From positions 372,001 to 436,000 of the forward strand of contig CM102289.1 in assembly GCA_046563655.1 (NCBI GenBank): DNA of 64,000 bases, written 5' to 3'. The notes below the pieces were generated by a model that searched no databases, was not told where the DNA came from, and worked only from the letters and a program-made list of their open reading frames with translations. Of the stretch, positions 51,563-63,769 are shown piece by piece (within the stretch, counting starts at the first letter, position 1; each line of letters starts with the position of its first letter). The translations under genes and the position numbers were made by a program. This stretch comes from Yuukianura sp. NJ FZ-2021 (taxonomy: Eukaryota).

Positions 51563-52157
51563 ATGGAAAGTGCCAAATTATTTGTCGTTTTGTGTTTATT
51601 TGCGAGTGCTTCTGCGTACTCGTCAGGAGCTCCCGTGAGTGACGAAATTTGCACTTCTCTGCGTCCAAATCATCCCGGAGAGCCGCAATCTGAGCAATTT
51701 CCATACAAACTGCGCTTGAGCAGACGAACAGTGGCGCCCTCTGGACTCGTCGAATTGCAAATTACGGGAAAGTCACAACCTTTCAAGGGATTCTTGGTGC
51801 AAGGCAGAAATCAAAATTTTGAAAAAGATTATACTCCTGTGGGATCTTTTGTTACGCATGGGCGAGAAAACGAATTGCAGGGAATCGATTGCTTCAATTT
51901 AGAAAACAGTGCCGTCACACACAGAAATGGAGCCGAAAAAAGAAATGTTACGATCGTCTGGACTGCACCTCAGCAAAGAGGAACTTACGTTCTACTGTAA
52001 GTTTTTCTAAATGAAAAAAAATCGGAACAAATTAAGCACTTACTAAAAAAGTTGAATTTTTTATTTTTTATTTTTTTGAATTTTTAGAACGACTGTCGTT
52101 GCCAGTGGAAAAGTTTACTGGGTGGGACATGCAACTTCTACAATCACAGTTCAATGA
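51563..52157 (+). CDS. Secreted Reeler-domain protein (putative defense protein, Hdd11-like), 2 exons
   Basis: Signal peptide, then YSSGAP..ICTSLRPNH, FKGFLVQGR, VGSF, AVTHRNGAEK and IVWTAP. Exon 2 (52088-52157) encodes TTVVASGKVYWV. Confidence 0.92.
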
Positions 52158-53152
52158 AACACTTGGAAGCAAAAAATATATCAAAAACTAAATACATTGA
52201 ATAAAAACTAAATTTTAAAACAGCTTAAATAAATGCTGACTGCATTTATTTAATTTTCTAGTATAGTGTCGAAATATTTATTTCGGGTGTAGAAAGTAGC
52301 GACAAATGTTCCACGGTAGAGGAGATAAAATTTGATAGCCTGGAATATGTGTTGACTCATCGTGATTATCAGGCATTCCAAAAATATTTAGACAGCTTTA
52401 GCTAAGAATGTTGACTAAACGTTAATCCTTAGCGCCAACCTAATGTTGTGCGGCAAACCTAACTATGTATATTATATTACAAGTCTAAAAAATTTTCTTC
52501 ACTGATGAAAACTTCGAATAAAAATATTTTGGATTCTCAGAATAAGAATGTGAAAAAATGAATTTAAAAAAAGCAGTTTTTAATTTCACACTTCTGTTGA
52601 AAACTTGTTTTTCTTAAAAATTTGCACAACTAGTTGGTTGACGTGACTGAATTGCACTAGCGTCATAAGATTTTTTTGCCACTTTCATGACGTCAAAAAA
52701 TACAAAAAACACACCAAGTTTGTAGTGGTTAACTTCGTACTTTTTTTCTCCTGTTTTAATTAAAGTTCAACACAATGCGAATATTTTCGTATTCAGTGGT
52801 CATCATCATCTGTGGACATTTGCCAATTCGATCTTTGCGAAAATTCTTCTGCGAGAGTCAACTTTGCAAAAAAAAAAAAAAACGCCACAGATTTGTCTTG
52901 TTTGCAAAGAGTCCTTCGTTACATTCAAGTTCAGCCTCATCAGTTTTTCGTAAGAAGCGGATTATCACGTATCATCTTCATCTTCGTCTTGTTTCCAATT
53001 GCTTTGCATCTCAAGTGATGTGCGGTGATCTCAGAAATTTTGAAACTAAAATAAGTTTTTGATACTCAAGAAAAGTTTTTCACCACAAAAACCAGATTTT
53101 AAAACTATTTTTTTTTGAAAAGTGTGCAGACTTGGTTGAAGGAATTTTGGAA

Positions 53153-55848
53153 ATGGAGGGAGTAACTATTGTTTATTTTCTTTTGGTTCTGCTCAATGTT
53201 GTTCCACTTTTGGCTCAAGATGCAAGTGAAAATGAGGCTCTCATAATTCCAAAATCCTACAGCAATTTAAAACTTCCTACAAGAAAAAGAGGACATAAAG
53301 GTGAAATTACTTCAATTTCCAAAAAAAAAATCAAATTTCTAATTTTATACTTTGTGAAAAAAAGTTTTTGAAGAGGAAGAAGGGGGAGGTGGTGGAGGAC
53401 CATCCAGCGATGAAGAGGAGTATTTTGCCCCACCACAAGGGCCACGTCTTATGGCTCCGGCCCCACCACAAGGACCCCCACTTATGGCACCGGCCCCACC
53501 CCGAGTGTTTATGTCTCCAGCAGCGGCCCCACCAGATCAAGATGCAAATTCAACTTTGGCCCCACCAGATGAAGATCCGAATTCAACTTTGGCCCCACCA
53601 GATGAAGATCCGAACTTAACTTTGGCCCCACCAACACTGCAACCATATTCAGGCGTTATTGTGAAATTAGAAAGTGAAACGGAAAGCATCAAGAAATTTG
53701 CTTTTAGTGGTGATGAAGGTGAAGAAGATGGAGAGGAAGAGGAGAAAGTCAATGTTGATGTGGCAATACAAATTCAAAGTATACGAGAAGTTGACGAAGA
53801 AGATCAGGTTTGTCCATAGTGTGAACAAAAATTTTTTTGAAAAGCTATTTTTTTTTTAAATTTTGAATTTCAAATTTTAGAAAATTACGGTTGAGATGGA
53901 CTTGACGGTGCATTGGCACGACTACGACTTTCTTCCGGAACAGCAAAACTACTGGCCTGAAAAATTTGAAAATATTTCTAGTCTGTTTCGAACATTCGGC
54001 GGAGTTCCTCTTCCGCTTGAAGATTTTGATAAGTTATGGAAACCAGATATCTTCATTGGTAATGCCATTGTAACAAGTTTTAACACAGTTTTAACCTTGT
54101 TTTAACTCAGTTTCAACATAGTTTTAACTTTAGTTTGTTTATTTTCCTAAGAACGAGTCGTGAAAGTCACGAAACCTGGACTTTTATCGAGCCCAGTTAC
54201 AGTACGAGCCATCAAACAAACTTCCAGCATAGTATATACTACGAGGTCAGAACAAACAATTTTTGTTTATAAAAAAAACTTATTTTTTTGAAATTTTTAT
54301 TTTCAAAATTTCAGAGCTTCAGTGAAAACGGATTGTAGCATGGACTTCCAGTATTACCCAGCGGACACTCAGCACTGCATTATTGACATCCGCAGTTGTA
54401 AGTTTTTTTTTCAGAGTAGATTTTGTTTGTTTTTATAAAAAGTGACCAATTTTCATTTTTTTTGAAAGATCAAAATGACGAAACTAAAATGAACTTGCGA
54501 TGGAATCCATCGCCTGGGGCGTACTTAGTTGAAACTGACTCTGACGATAACTTTGACGCCAAGTTAAGCGGTAGCACGCCATTGTATCAATTGAATTGTA
54601 TCAACTGCCATTGCATCAACTGAATTGTGTCAATTTGAATTGTATCAACTGGCCAATTGTATCAACGACTAATTGTATCAACGAGTGTAATGCTTAATTT
54701 AGCTTAGGTTAGGTTAGGTTACGTTGATTGATACAAGTAGCCGTTGATACAATTGAGCGTTGATACAATTCGAATTGACACAATTCAGTTGATGCAATGG
54801 CAGTTGATACAATTCAATTGACACAATGGCATGGAACCAGTTAAGCTATGTTGCTCAGAGAAGAAAAAAACTCAAAAACATCAACCTTGATGGTATGAAA
54901 AAACATTTTTTCAAAATTTTCAAAAAAATTGGACAGTTTTTATTTTTATACTGCAGATGCTATCTTTGACGTGCTTCAAATCCAGCTTTCAATGCGTCGG
55001 CGGATGACGTATCACATTTTACAGGTACGAAATTTTTTAAATTTCCTAAAAGTTTAAAAGTTTTGAATTTAAATTTTAAAATTTTGAATTTTTCAGACTT
55101 ACATTCCTTCTGCATTTCTGGTTTTCATCACGTGGTTGAGTTTTCTCATTCCAGAGGACCTCATTGAAGCCAGAATAGGTGAGCATGCTTAACAAATTTC
55201 AAAATTTGAACAAAATTTTTGAAAAACGAGGTTAAAAATTTTGATTTCTGTACTCAAAAGGAATATCCATGACGACACTGTTGACACTGACAGCAATGTT
55301 TTCCGCTGTCAGAGAAAGTACGCCAGTTGTCAGCTATATCAAGTACGTCCAGCATTTTTATGTATAAGACTGAATGTTTTCAAAATTCAAAATTTTGAAA
55401 CCTCTTTTTTTAACTTTTTAGAGCCATTGACATTTGGATGGTTTACTGCATTTTCATCGTGTTTGCAACTTTACTGGAATTTGCCTTCTTCGTGTGGCTT
55501 CGTAACTACAAAATTGCCCAGCGGCAAAGGAAACTTGAAAATTTAATTTGCGAAGTGGAGTTAAATGGAAGTGGAAAAAATGGCGGGAAAAATTCGTTTA
55601 GCGAACCAATCGGAAGAGCTCGTCATTCGTTCGACGAGTTTTCCACAAAAGCTGTTCAAACTTTTGAACGAACCGCCAAACTCATCAACCAGTTCACATT
55701 TGGTTTCTTCGTGTCGAATTTTGTGATTTTTAACATCGTCTATTGGACATGGCTCTCTCTGTCATCCGGTCACAGTCAATGGGTTGTCAACGCAACGCTC
55801 AATGGACAACCCAATGACACAAACGGCGGATTTGTAGACGAACTTTAA
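53153..55848 (+). CDS. Divergent Cys-loop ligand-gated ion channel subunit, paralog 1 (exon interrupted by a MITE)
   Basis: Signal peptide, LWKPDIFI, Cys-loop CSMDFQYYPADTQHC, M1 YHILQTYIPSAFLVFITWLSFLI, M2 EARIGISMTTLLTLTAMF, M3 SYIKAIDIWMVYCIFIVFATLLEFA and M4 FVIFNIVYW. Insertion at 54570-54838. Confidence 0.85.
54570..54838. mobile_element. Foldback MITE with ~110-bp internally repetitive TIRs, central TTAGG repeats and an 8-bp TSD, inserted in a coding exon
   Basis: TSD AGTTAAGC at 54562-54569 and 54839-54846. Arms are built of AATTGTATCAAC-like units. Paralog 2 has the uninterrupted AAGTTAAGCTATGTTGCTCA. Confidence 0.92.
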
Positions 55849-56297
55849 ATACTAACCTAACAATGTTATGTTAGCCAAATAAAGTTGTGCTGTGATACGA
55901 CTAAAGTTTTTAATTTGACCAACTTGTGACATCTAGCTGTGTCATTCTAAGTTTTTGTCCAAAATATTTTGAACATTTTTTATTTTTAGTTGAAGCTTTA
56001 TCACGTTGTAAACGAATTCAGAAATCATGGTTTGGGTTGTTTTACTTCGCATTTGAAAAAATTAGTGTTTCTTTTTACATGAAAACTTAATTGGTTGATT
56101 GAAACAGGTTTATTGGATTGAAAATTCTTAGGGAATACTTGAAACATATGAAGGCGTTCCACTCTATCAAGCAAGTTGAAAAAAAAAACGGTTAAGAAAA
56201 GAATGTCAATAAGTAGCGAAAGGGATTTCATCGTTGACAACCCTAGTGTCCGATCAAAGTCATTGTGCAGTAGTGACTTACACTATAATTGACGCCG

Positions 56298-56502
56298 ATA
56301 GACAAACAAGAATACAGACAGACAGGCGGCCAGACAGACAAAAAAAGACAGACAGGCAGAGGAACAGACAGAGAAGGAAAAAAAAACAGACAGACGGACA
56401 GACAAACAGAGATGATGGCAGATATAGAAACAAAAAAGACAGAGACAGGCAGGCAGGCAGACAAAAAAAAACAGACAGACAGACAGAGGACAAGAAGACA
56501 GA
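56298..56502. repeat. Degenerate (GACA)n microsatellite
   Basis: ACAGACAGAC / GGCAGGCAG runs. Confidence 0.85.
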
Positions 56503-56854
56503 AGGATATTTTCATATTAAGTGGATATCGTAAAAATTACAGGAAAAAGCGATGTTTTCAAAGACAGAGACACGTTGGCCTTGTTCAGGGCCAACTTTAG
56601 AAAAAACTAACCCTGTCCAATAATTTTGCTGTGCTGTGTTTGCTACTTTGCTTCCATCTCGTCAGTTAACAACCGTATGCTTCTGGCATCATCTTCATTT
56701 TGAGCATTCCTCTTAACAGATTTCAAAACACAAAAAAGAAAAATATTTTACGACTCGCAGAATTAACTTTGAAGTTTTTTTTTAAAGAAATTTTTTGAGA
56801 CTTTAAAAAATTTGTTTGAAAAGTGTTCAAGTGAAGCTTGTTGGAAATTTAAAG

Positions 56855-59800
56855 ATGAAGGGAGTAACTATTCTTTATTTGAGTTTGGTTCTGTTCAATG
56901 CTGTTCCGCTTTTGGCTCAATTTGGAGGACTTTTCTTCCCTAGAGAGAGAGATAGAGGTGCTGACGACCTGTTTATTCCAGATTCTTACAGCAGTCTCAG
57001 AATTCCTGGGAAAAAAAGAGCCAACAAAAGTAAAGTCGTTAACATTTTTTAAAAATTTCGAACTTTTTGAAGTCTGGAACCTACTTTTTTGTTTTTCTAA
57101 ATGTTTGAACTTAAATTGTTTGAAGGTGCCTCACATATTCCCACACGTTCATTCAATCCATTCGGATTCGGAGGGCCTTTTCCGGTGCAGAACGAAGCGG
57201 AATCTCCAGCCGGATCGGTGTTTTCACGGGCGGGTGCGGTAGAAACAATCGACATCAATGAGCCACTTCCACCACTGGAGGGACAGGCCCCACCTCTGGA
57301 CCCGCCGAACCAATATAACGCCACATATTTGTACTCTAATTCAAAGTCTACCACGCCCGCCCCACCGGGAGGGCAGGGTTTCATGGCTCCGCCTCCGGTA
57401 TCACCTCAAGTGGAGACAAATTTTGAATCAGATTCAAATTCTAACACGCCCGCCCCACCGGGAGGGCAGGGTTTCGTGGCTCCCGCTCCGGTATCACCGA
57501 AAGTGGAGCTAAAGTACGACTCCATTTCAAATTCCACTTCATCCGACCCACCGGGAGGGTCGTCCTTCGTGGCTCCTGCTCCGGTATCGCCGAATCAATA
57601 TGAAGTGACATATTTGGACTCAGTTTCAGATTTTAGCCCGCCGCCTGCACCGCGGTGGTCACCAGGGCAGGGCGGGTTGTTTGGGCCAAACGTTGCATCT
57701 TTGTGGCCCGGTAATTCTGACGAACGTGGACAAAATGAAGAGCAAGAGGATGAGGATATTGTTGTGGACGTGGCACTACAAATCCAAAGCATCAACGATA
57801 TTGACGAAGAAGATCAGGTTTGGGGCTAAGAAGAAAGAAAAAATTCTTGCTAAACAAAATTTGAACTTTTTTTTTAACTTGTTTTTTTTTCTAAGACAAT
57901 AACAATTGAAATGGACTTGACGGTGCGCTGGAATGACTACATAGTTCTTCCGGAAAAGACAAACGACTTGGCAGGGAAATTGGAAAATATTTCCGCCAAA
58001 TTAGGCACATTCGATGGAGTTCCACTTCCTCTTTCAACGCTTGAACGCTTATGGAAACCAGACATCTTCATTGGTAACTCAATTTTACCATTGTTTCAAC
58101 CTGATTTTGACTTATTTTAACACAGTTTTCATCTAAATTCAATTATTTTCCAACAGTTTAAAATGTTTTAAGCAAGGTTCTTTCACAACAAATTCTATTT
58201 TCTACAACAGGTCTGCATGCATTTATGCATCTCCTATTTACATTATATGCAAAAAATTACCATAGAGAGGCAGATTTCTTGTAAACAAATTTTAAAACTT
58301 CCAGTTATTGGACAACCTGGTGTAGAAAAGGTTTTATTTTTTGTTGACGAACCTTGGTTTTAACCTAATTCTAACATTTTTAACCCTTTGAACTTGGGTT
58401 TGTCCGATTTCTTAAGAACGAGCTGCAAAAATCACCAAACATGAACTTTTATCAAGCCCAGTTACAGTGAGATTCATCAAGCAAACGTCCAGCATTGTTT
58501 ACAATACAAGGTCAGGAACAGAAAATTTGTATTTTGAAAAAAAAAGAGTTAAAATTCTTAAAAATTTTCGCTTTTCAATTTTTCAGAGCTACAGTGAAAA
58601 CGAATTGTAACATGGACTTCCAGCATTACCCGGCGGATATTCAGAATTGCATTATTGACATTCGCAGTTGTAAGTTTCACATTTGATAAAAAACTTTTTG
58701 TGTGTTTTTGAAAAACGTGATTTTTTTTCTGAAAGATCAATACGACGAAAACAAAATGCATCTGCGGTGGCATCCAACGCCCGGGGCGTACCTGGTTGAC
58801 ACGGACTCTGATGACAACTATGACCTAAAGTTAAGCTATGTTGCTCAACGCAAAAAAGTGGTCAAGGACACCAACCTCAATGGTAAAAAAAAGTGTTTTC
58901 AAAATTTGGAACAAATTATAACAAATTTTACTTAACTCAGCTCAATAATAACTATAGTTACCTAATTTTTTTTATTGAAGATGCAACCTTTGACGTACTC
59001 CAAATCCAGCTATCGATGCGTCGGCGCATGACTTATCACATTTTACAGGTACGAAATTCAGCAAAACCGTATTTTTTTTTTGCTTTTTAAAATTTAACCT
59101 AAACCTAATTTAAATTTCTTAAAATTTTAAATTTCGCAGACCTACCTTCCTTCTGCCTTTTTGGTTTTCATCACGTGGTTGAGTTTTTCCCATTCCAGAA
59201 GAACTCATTGAAGCCAGAATAGGTATGAGCAAATTTTTTGAAAAAGAGTTCAAAATCAAATTTTGGAAAAATCTCAATCCTGAGTTTCAAAATTTTGACT
59301 TTTACAACATTTCCCAGGAATATCCATGACGACTCTGTTGACACTGACTGCAATGTTTTCCGCTGTCAGAGAAAATACTCCGGTTGTGAGTTATATCAAG
59401 TAGGCCCACTTTCATTCAATGTTTTTTAAAATTCAACAACTTTAAAAAAGATCTCATTTTGAAAATTTTAAATTTTGGTGAAATATTTTCCAGAGCCATT
59501 GACATTTGGATGGCGTACTGCATTTTGGTTGTGTTTGGAACTCTACTGGAATTTGCCTTCTTCGTGTGGCTCCGTAACTACAAAATTGCCAAACGACAAA
59601 AGAAACTGGAAAATTTTATTTGCGAAGTGCCGATGAAGGGGAATGGCAAAAGTAGCGGCAGAAATTCTGCCAGCGAGCCAATCGGAAGAGCTCGTCAGTC
59701 AATGGACGCATTTTCCACAAAAGCTGCTCAAACTTTTGAACAAACCGCTAAACTTTTCAACCAATTCGCATTTGGATTCTTTGTTTTGACTTTTGTTGTC

Positions 59801-59935
59801 TTCAACACTGTGTACTGGACATGGCTCATGCTGTCATCCGGACATGATACGTGGCATGTCGATGACAGGCTCAACGGACATCCAAATGAAACTACCGGTG
59901 GATTTCTGGACAAACTGTCCAACTCAACTCTTTAA
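56855..59935 (+). CDS. Divergent Cys-loop channel subunit, paralog 2 (+1 frameshift in the M1 exon; possible pseudogene or assembly error)
   Basis: Same exon architecture as paralog 1, Cys-loop CNMDFQHYPADIQNC. Has AGTTTTTCCCATTCCA where the paralogs have AGTTTTCTCATTCCA, giving TGA at 59209-59211. Confidence 0.8.
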
Positions 59936-60953
59936 GTCACCAAACATAACTTAGACGAAAACGAAAATGTTAACCTAATCGTAAGCGTTTACCACACAAG
60001 TTTTTATTTACAATGTAATACAGAATTGACAAAAAAAATTGTGCTCTGACATGTCTAATTTTTTTTTTTTGTTTTGCAAAGCCTGTTCGGAGTTGCCAAC
60101 TTTTTTTAAATTTAAGTATTTTTTTAAACTTAGAAAAGTAACTTAACTAAATTTCTCTCCAAACTAATTAATTTAACTAATTCAGAAACTAATTGATTAA
60201 CTAATTTTAAGTTAACTTTTGAAATTAATGTCGACATAGAAGACATAGACTTAAAGTTAAAGTGTTTACAAAATATGTATTTTTAGCATACAAAACAACG
60301 TTAGCGAAAAATAAAATTTTACTGTGACACGCTTAGATTTATTTCTAATTTAACCAACTGTGCCTTTTATTTTATTCCAACATTTTTTGCAACTTGTTTT
60401 TTAATCATTTAAATATTTGAAAATCTTTTAGTTTGGAAACTGCAATAAAATTTTAAATAAAATTTAAACCGTTTCAAGTGTAATCGTGTAATCACCATTT
60501 TTGATTTCTGAAAAAATATGCTCCGGTCGCTTCGCTTTTGATTGACTTATGTAGAAAGTTGTCCAAAATTGCAAAAAAAAATGCATGATTTTTTTTTCCA
60601 AGAGGTTTCAATTCCTTGATTGGAACAAATTTATTAAATTTAAAATTGCAAGGAAATAAATTGCAATTGCAAAGGTTAGCTTCACTTTTCTTGGAAAAAA
60701 GAACAAGTTTTGTTGTTTTGAATGTCGTCCTAATCTGAACTCTGCCAGTTTACAACACTCTCACTCACTGTAGAAGAGGGAAACGTGCGTTGACTTCAAG
60801 AAATCATATTTTCAAACGCAAAGACAATTTTTTAAATTTTAAATTTCCCAGTGTTACTTCTGAAATTGTTAGTAAAAAAAAATTAAAGTTCAATTTTTTA
60901 AAAAGTTTTTCTAGACAATAGTAAGAAAGTGATTGTTTGATTGAATTTGAGAA

Positions 60954-63769
60954 ATGGCGGGAGTAACTACTCTCTGTTTCCTTTTGGCCGTTGCCCTTCC
61001 TGTTATGGCTGCTTATGTAGATGATGATGACCTTGTGATTCCCAAGAGTTACAGCAATTTGAGAATTCCTGGAACGAAAAGAGCCAACCAGAGGCAGGGT
61101 AAGAGACATTTTTTAAAAAATGTTAATAAATGCAAAAATTTGAAAAAAATTAAAGTTTTGAACCACAATTTTCCGAAGGCGGAGGAGTTGGAGTATTGCT
61201 GACCGGCACCAGACCGCGGAATCCTTCTTCATTTGATAAGGAGAGTGTTGCGCCACCACCACGACAACTTCCGGAGCAAGACTCTGGCCAAGGTTACTAT
61301 AGCAACGAAATAGTTTTCCTTTAACAGGTTTGGCAATAAGGCGTGTTTACAAAAAATCCAGGCCCCGAACAATTTTTTCCGCCAATCCCATTTGAGTACA
61401 TATAAATCATTGCCCTAGGAAGGCATGGTGAAGCAAGTTTTACTAATTTTTTAACAAAATTTAAAAAGTTGTTGTTATTGCCTAACCTATTGAAGAAAAA
61501 ACTATTTTTTTATGAACCTCGACTTTGCCTTAGATTTAAATTCTACTGCACCCCCACTGTTGCCAGCAGAGCGGGATGGAGTTGAAAATGAGCAAGTTGA
61601 AGATGGAGTTGAAAATGAGCAAGTTGAAGATGGAGTTGAAAATGAGCAAGTTGAAGACGATGGAGTTGAAAATGAACAAGTTCAAGACGGAGATATAGTT
61701 TACGAGGACGAAAGTCCAGTCGTAGAGGAAACGAAGCCGGAAAAGATTGTTGTCGACATCGCAATACAAATCCAAAGTATCACGGACATTGACGAAGAAG
61801 ATCAGGTTTTAAGATTACAAAATCAAAAACGGAACTTCAAATTTACTAAAAAGTTAAAAAATTTATGTTGACTTTTGTTTTAAGAAAATAACGATTGAGG
61901 TAGACTTGACAGTTCACTGGAAGGAAAGACTACGACGTTCTTCCGAAACAGCGAAGCTACGTCCCTGAGGAACCCGAAAATATTTCTGCACTGTTGGACA
62001 AATTCGGTGGAAAGCCATTCAAGCTTAAGACGTTTGATGAGCTGTGGAAACCAGACATCTTCATTGGTAACCCAGTTTCAACACTATTTTAACATGTTTT
62101 AACCACACCTTAGTCTGTTGTAACCATATTTTAACTTATTTTGAGCATATTGTAACTTGTTTTACACATATTTTAACTTGTTGTAACCATATTGTAACTT
62201 GCTCTCAACCATATTTTGAAGTATTTTGACCATATTTTAACTTGTTTTAAGCAAGTTTTCACTTGTTTTGAGCATATTTGAACTTGTTTAACCATATTTT
62301 AACTTGTTTTAACCATATTTTAAGTTGTAAAAAGCATATTTTAACTTGGTTTTTATTTTAAGAACGAGTTGTGAAAATTCAAAGACCTGAAATTCTATCA
62401 AGCGCTGTTTCAGTGAGATACATTAAGCAAACGTCCAGTGTTATTTACACTTCAAGGTGACCAAATTTCGGGAAAAAACGTTTTAATTTTAGTTTTAACG
62501 TTTTAATTTTGAAATTTTTCAGAGCCTCGGTGAAAACAGAGTGTGGCATGGACTTTCAGTACTACCCAGCGGATACTCAGCATTGCACTATTGATATACG
62601 CAGTTGTAAGGTTTATTTTGGTGTTTTTGAAAATAGTAGCAAATTTTGAAATTTTTTGAAAGATCAAAATGACGAAACAAAAATGAACTTGCGGTGGAAT
62701 CCATCGCCTGGAGCATACCTGGTGGACACGGAGTCTGATGACAACTTTGACCTCATGCTAAGCTATGTGAAGCATAAGAGGAAGAAGGTCAAGGACATCA
62801 GTTACAATGGTGAATTTTTGTTTTTCAAAATTTTGAAAAAAAATTTTGACTCTCAGTTTTTAATTTTATACTCCAGATGCCGTCTTTGATGTGCTTCAAA
62901 TCCAACTGTCAATGCGTCGGCGCCTAACATATCACATTTTACAGGTACAAAAGTTTTGTATCTTGCAAAAAATTATGAAATTTTTAAATTTTCATTTTTT
63001 TTAATTTGAATTTTGCAGACTTACGTTCCTTCCACATTTTTGGTTTTCATCACGTGGTTGAGTTTTCTCATTCCAGAGGAACTCATTGAAGCAAGAATAG
63101 GTTAATTTTTTGAAAACACACAAAATTTGCCTAAAATCTCAACACTGCGTTTAAAAATTTCGACTTTTACAAAATTTCCCAGGAATATCTATGACGACTC
63201 TGTTAACATTGACTGCAATGTTTTCCGCTGTAAGAGAAAATACTCCTGTCGTCAGTTATGTCAAGTACGTCCAGCATTTTTATGTTTGAACAAAATTTTT
63301 TCAAAATCCAAAATTTTGAAAAAATTTTCATTTTTTCAGAGCTATTGACATCTGGATGGCATACTGCATTTTCGTAGTGTTCGGAACGCTACTGGAATTC
63401 GCCTTCTTCGTGTGGCTCCGCAACTACAAAATTGAAAAGCGGCAAAAGAAACTGGAAAATTTGGTTTGCGAAGTGCCGATGCAGGGGAGTGGCAAAAGTG
63501 GCGGCAGAAATTCGTTCAGCGAACCAATCGGAAGAGCTCGTCAGTCAATCAGCGAATTTTCCACAAAAGCTGCTGAAACTTTTGAACGAACCGCCAAACT
63601 CATCAACCAATTTGCATTTGGATTTTTTGTTGTCAATTTCATCATTTTCAACACCATTTATTGGACATGGCTTTTCGTGTTGTCGCAGCACAGTCAATGG
63701 GTTGTCAACCCAACGCTCAACGGACAACCCGAAGGTACCGACGACGATGGGTTTTTGCCCGAACTGTAA
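60954..63769 (+). CDS. Divergent Cys-loop channel subunit, paralog 3 (4-bp duplication frameshift; extra MITE-derived intron)
   Basis: Signal peptide MAGVTTLCFLLAVALPVMA, Cys-loop CGMDFQYYPADTQHC, M1-M2 IPEELIEARIGISMTTLLTL. GGAA duplicated at 61919-61926, giving TGA at 61966-61968. Confidence 0.8.
61289..61521. mobile_element. Aged MITE of the CAAG..CTATAGCAAC family forming an intron (61293-61533)
   Basis: Left TIR CAAGGTTACTATAGCAAC. Subterminal inverted match AAATAGTTTTCCTTTAACAGGTTTGGCAATAA / TTATTGCCTAACCTATTGAAGAAAAAACTATTT. Degenerate TSD ACTCTGGC / ACTTTGCC. Confidence 0.75.
61576..61692 (+). repeat. Coding tandem repeat (DGVENEQVE)x~4
   Basis: GATGGAGTTGAAAATGAGCAAGTTGAA repeated in frame. 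Confidence 0.9.
62085..62350. repeat. Intronic minisatellite, ~20-bp unit
   Basis: Unit close to AACCATATTTTAACTTGTTT. Shorter related tracts sit in the homologous introns of paralogs 1 and 2. Confidence 0.85.

Noticed and set aside
56234..56600. Several ORFs on both strands
   Set aside because: Products of the stop-poor GACA microsatellite.
58201..58326. Possible MITE (TCTACAACAGGT / ACCTGGTGTAGA)
   Set aside because: Only a 12-bp imperfect inverted repeat and no clear TSD.
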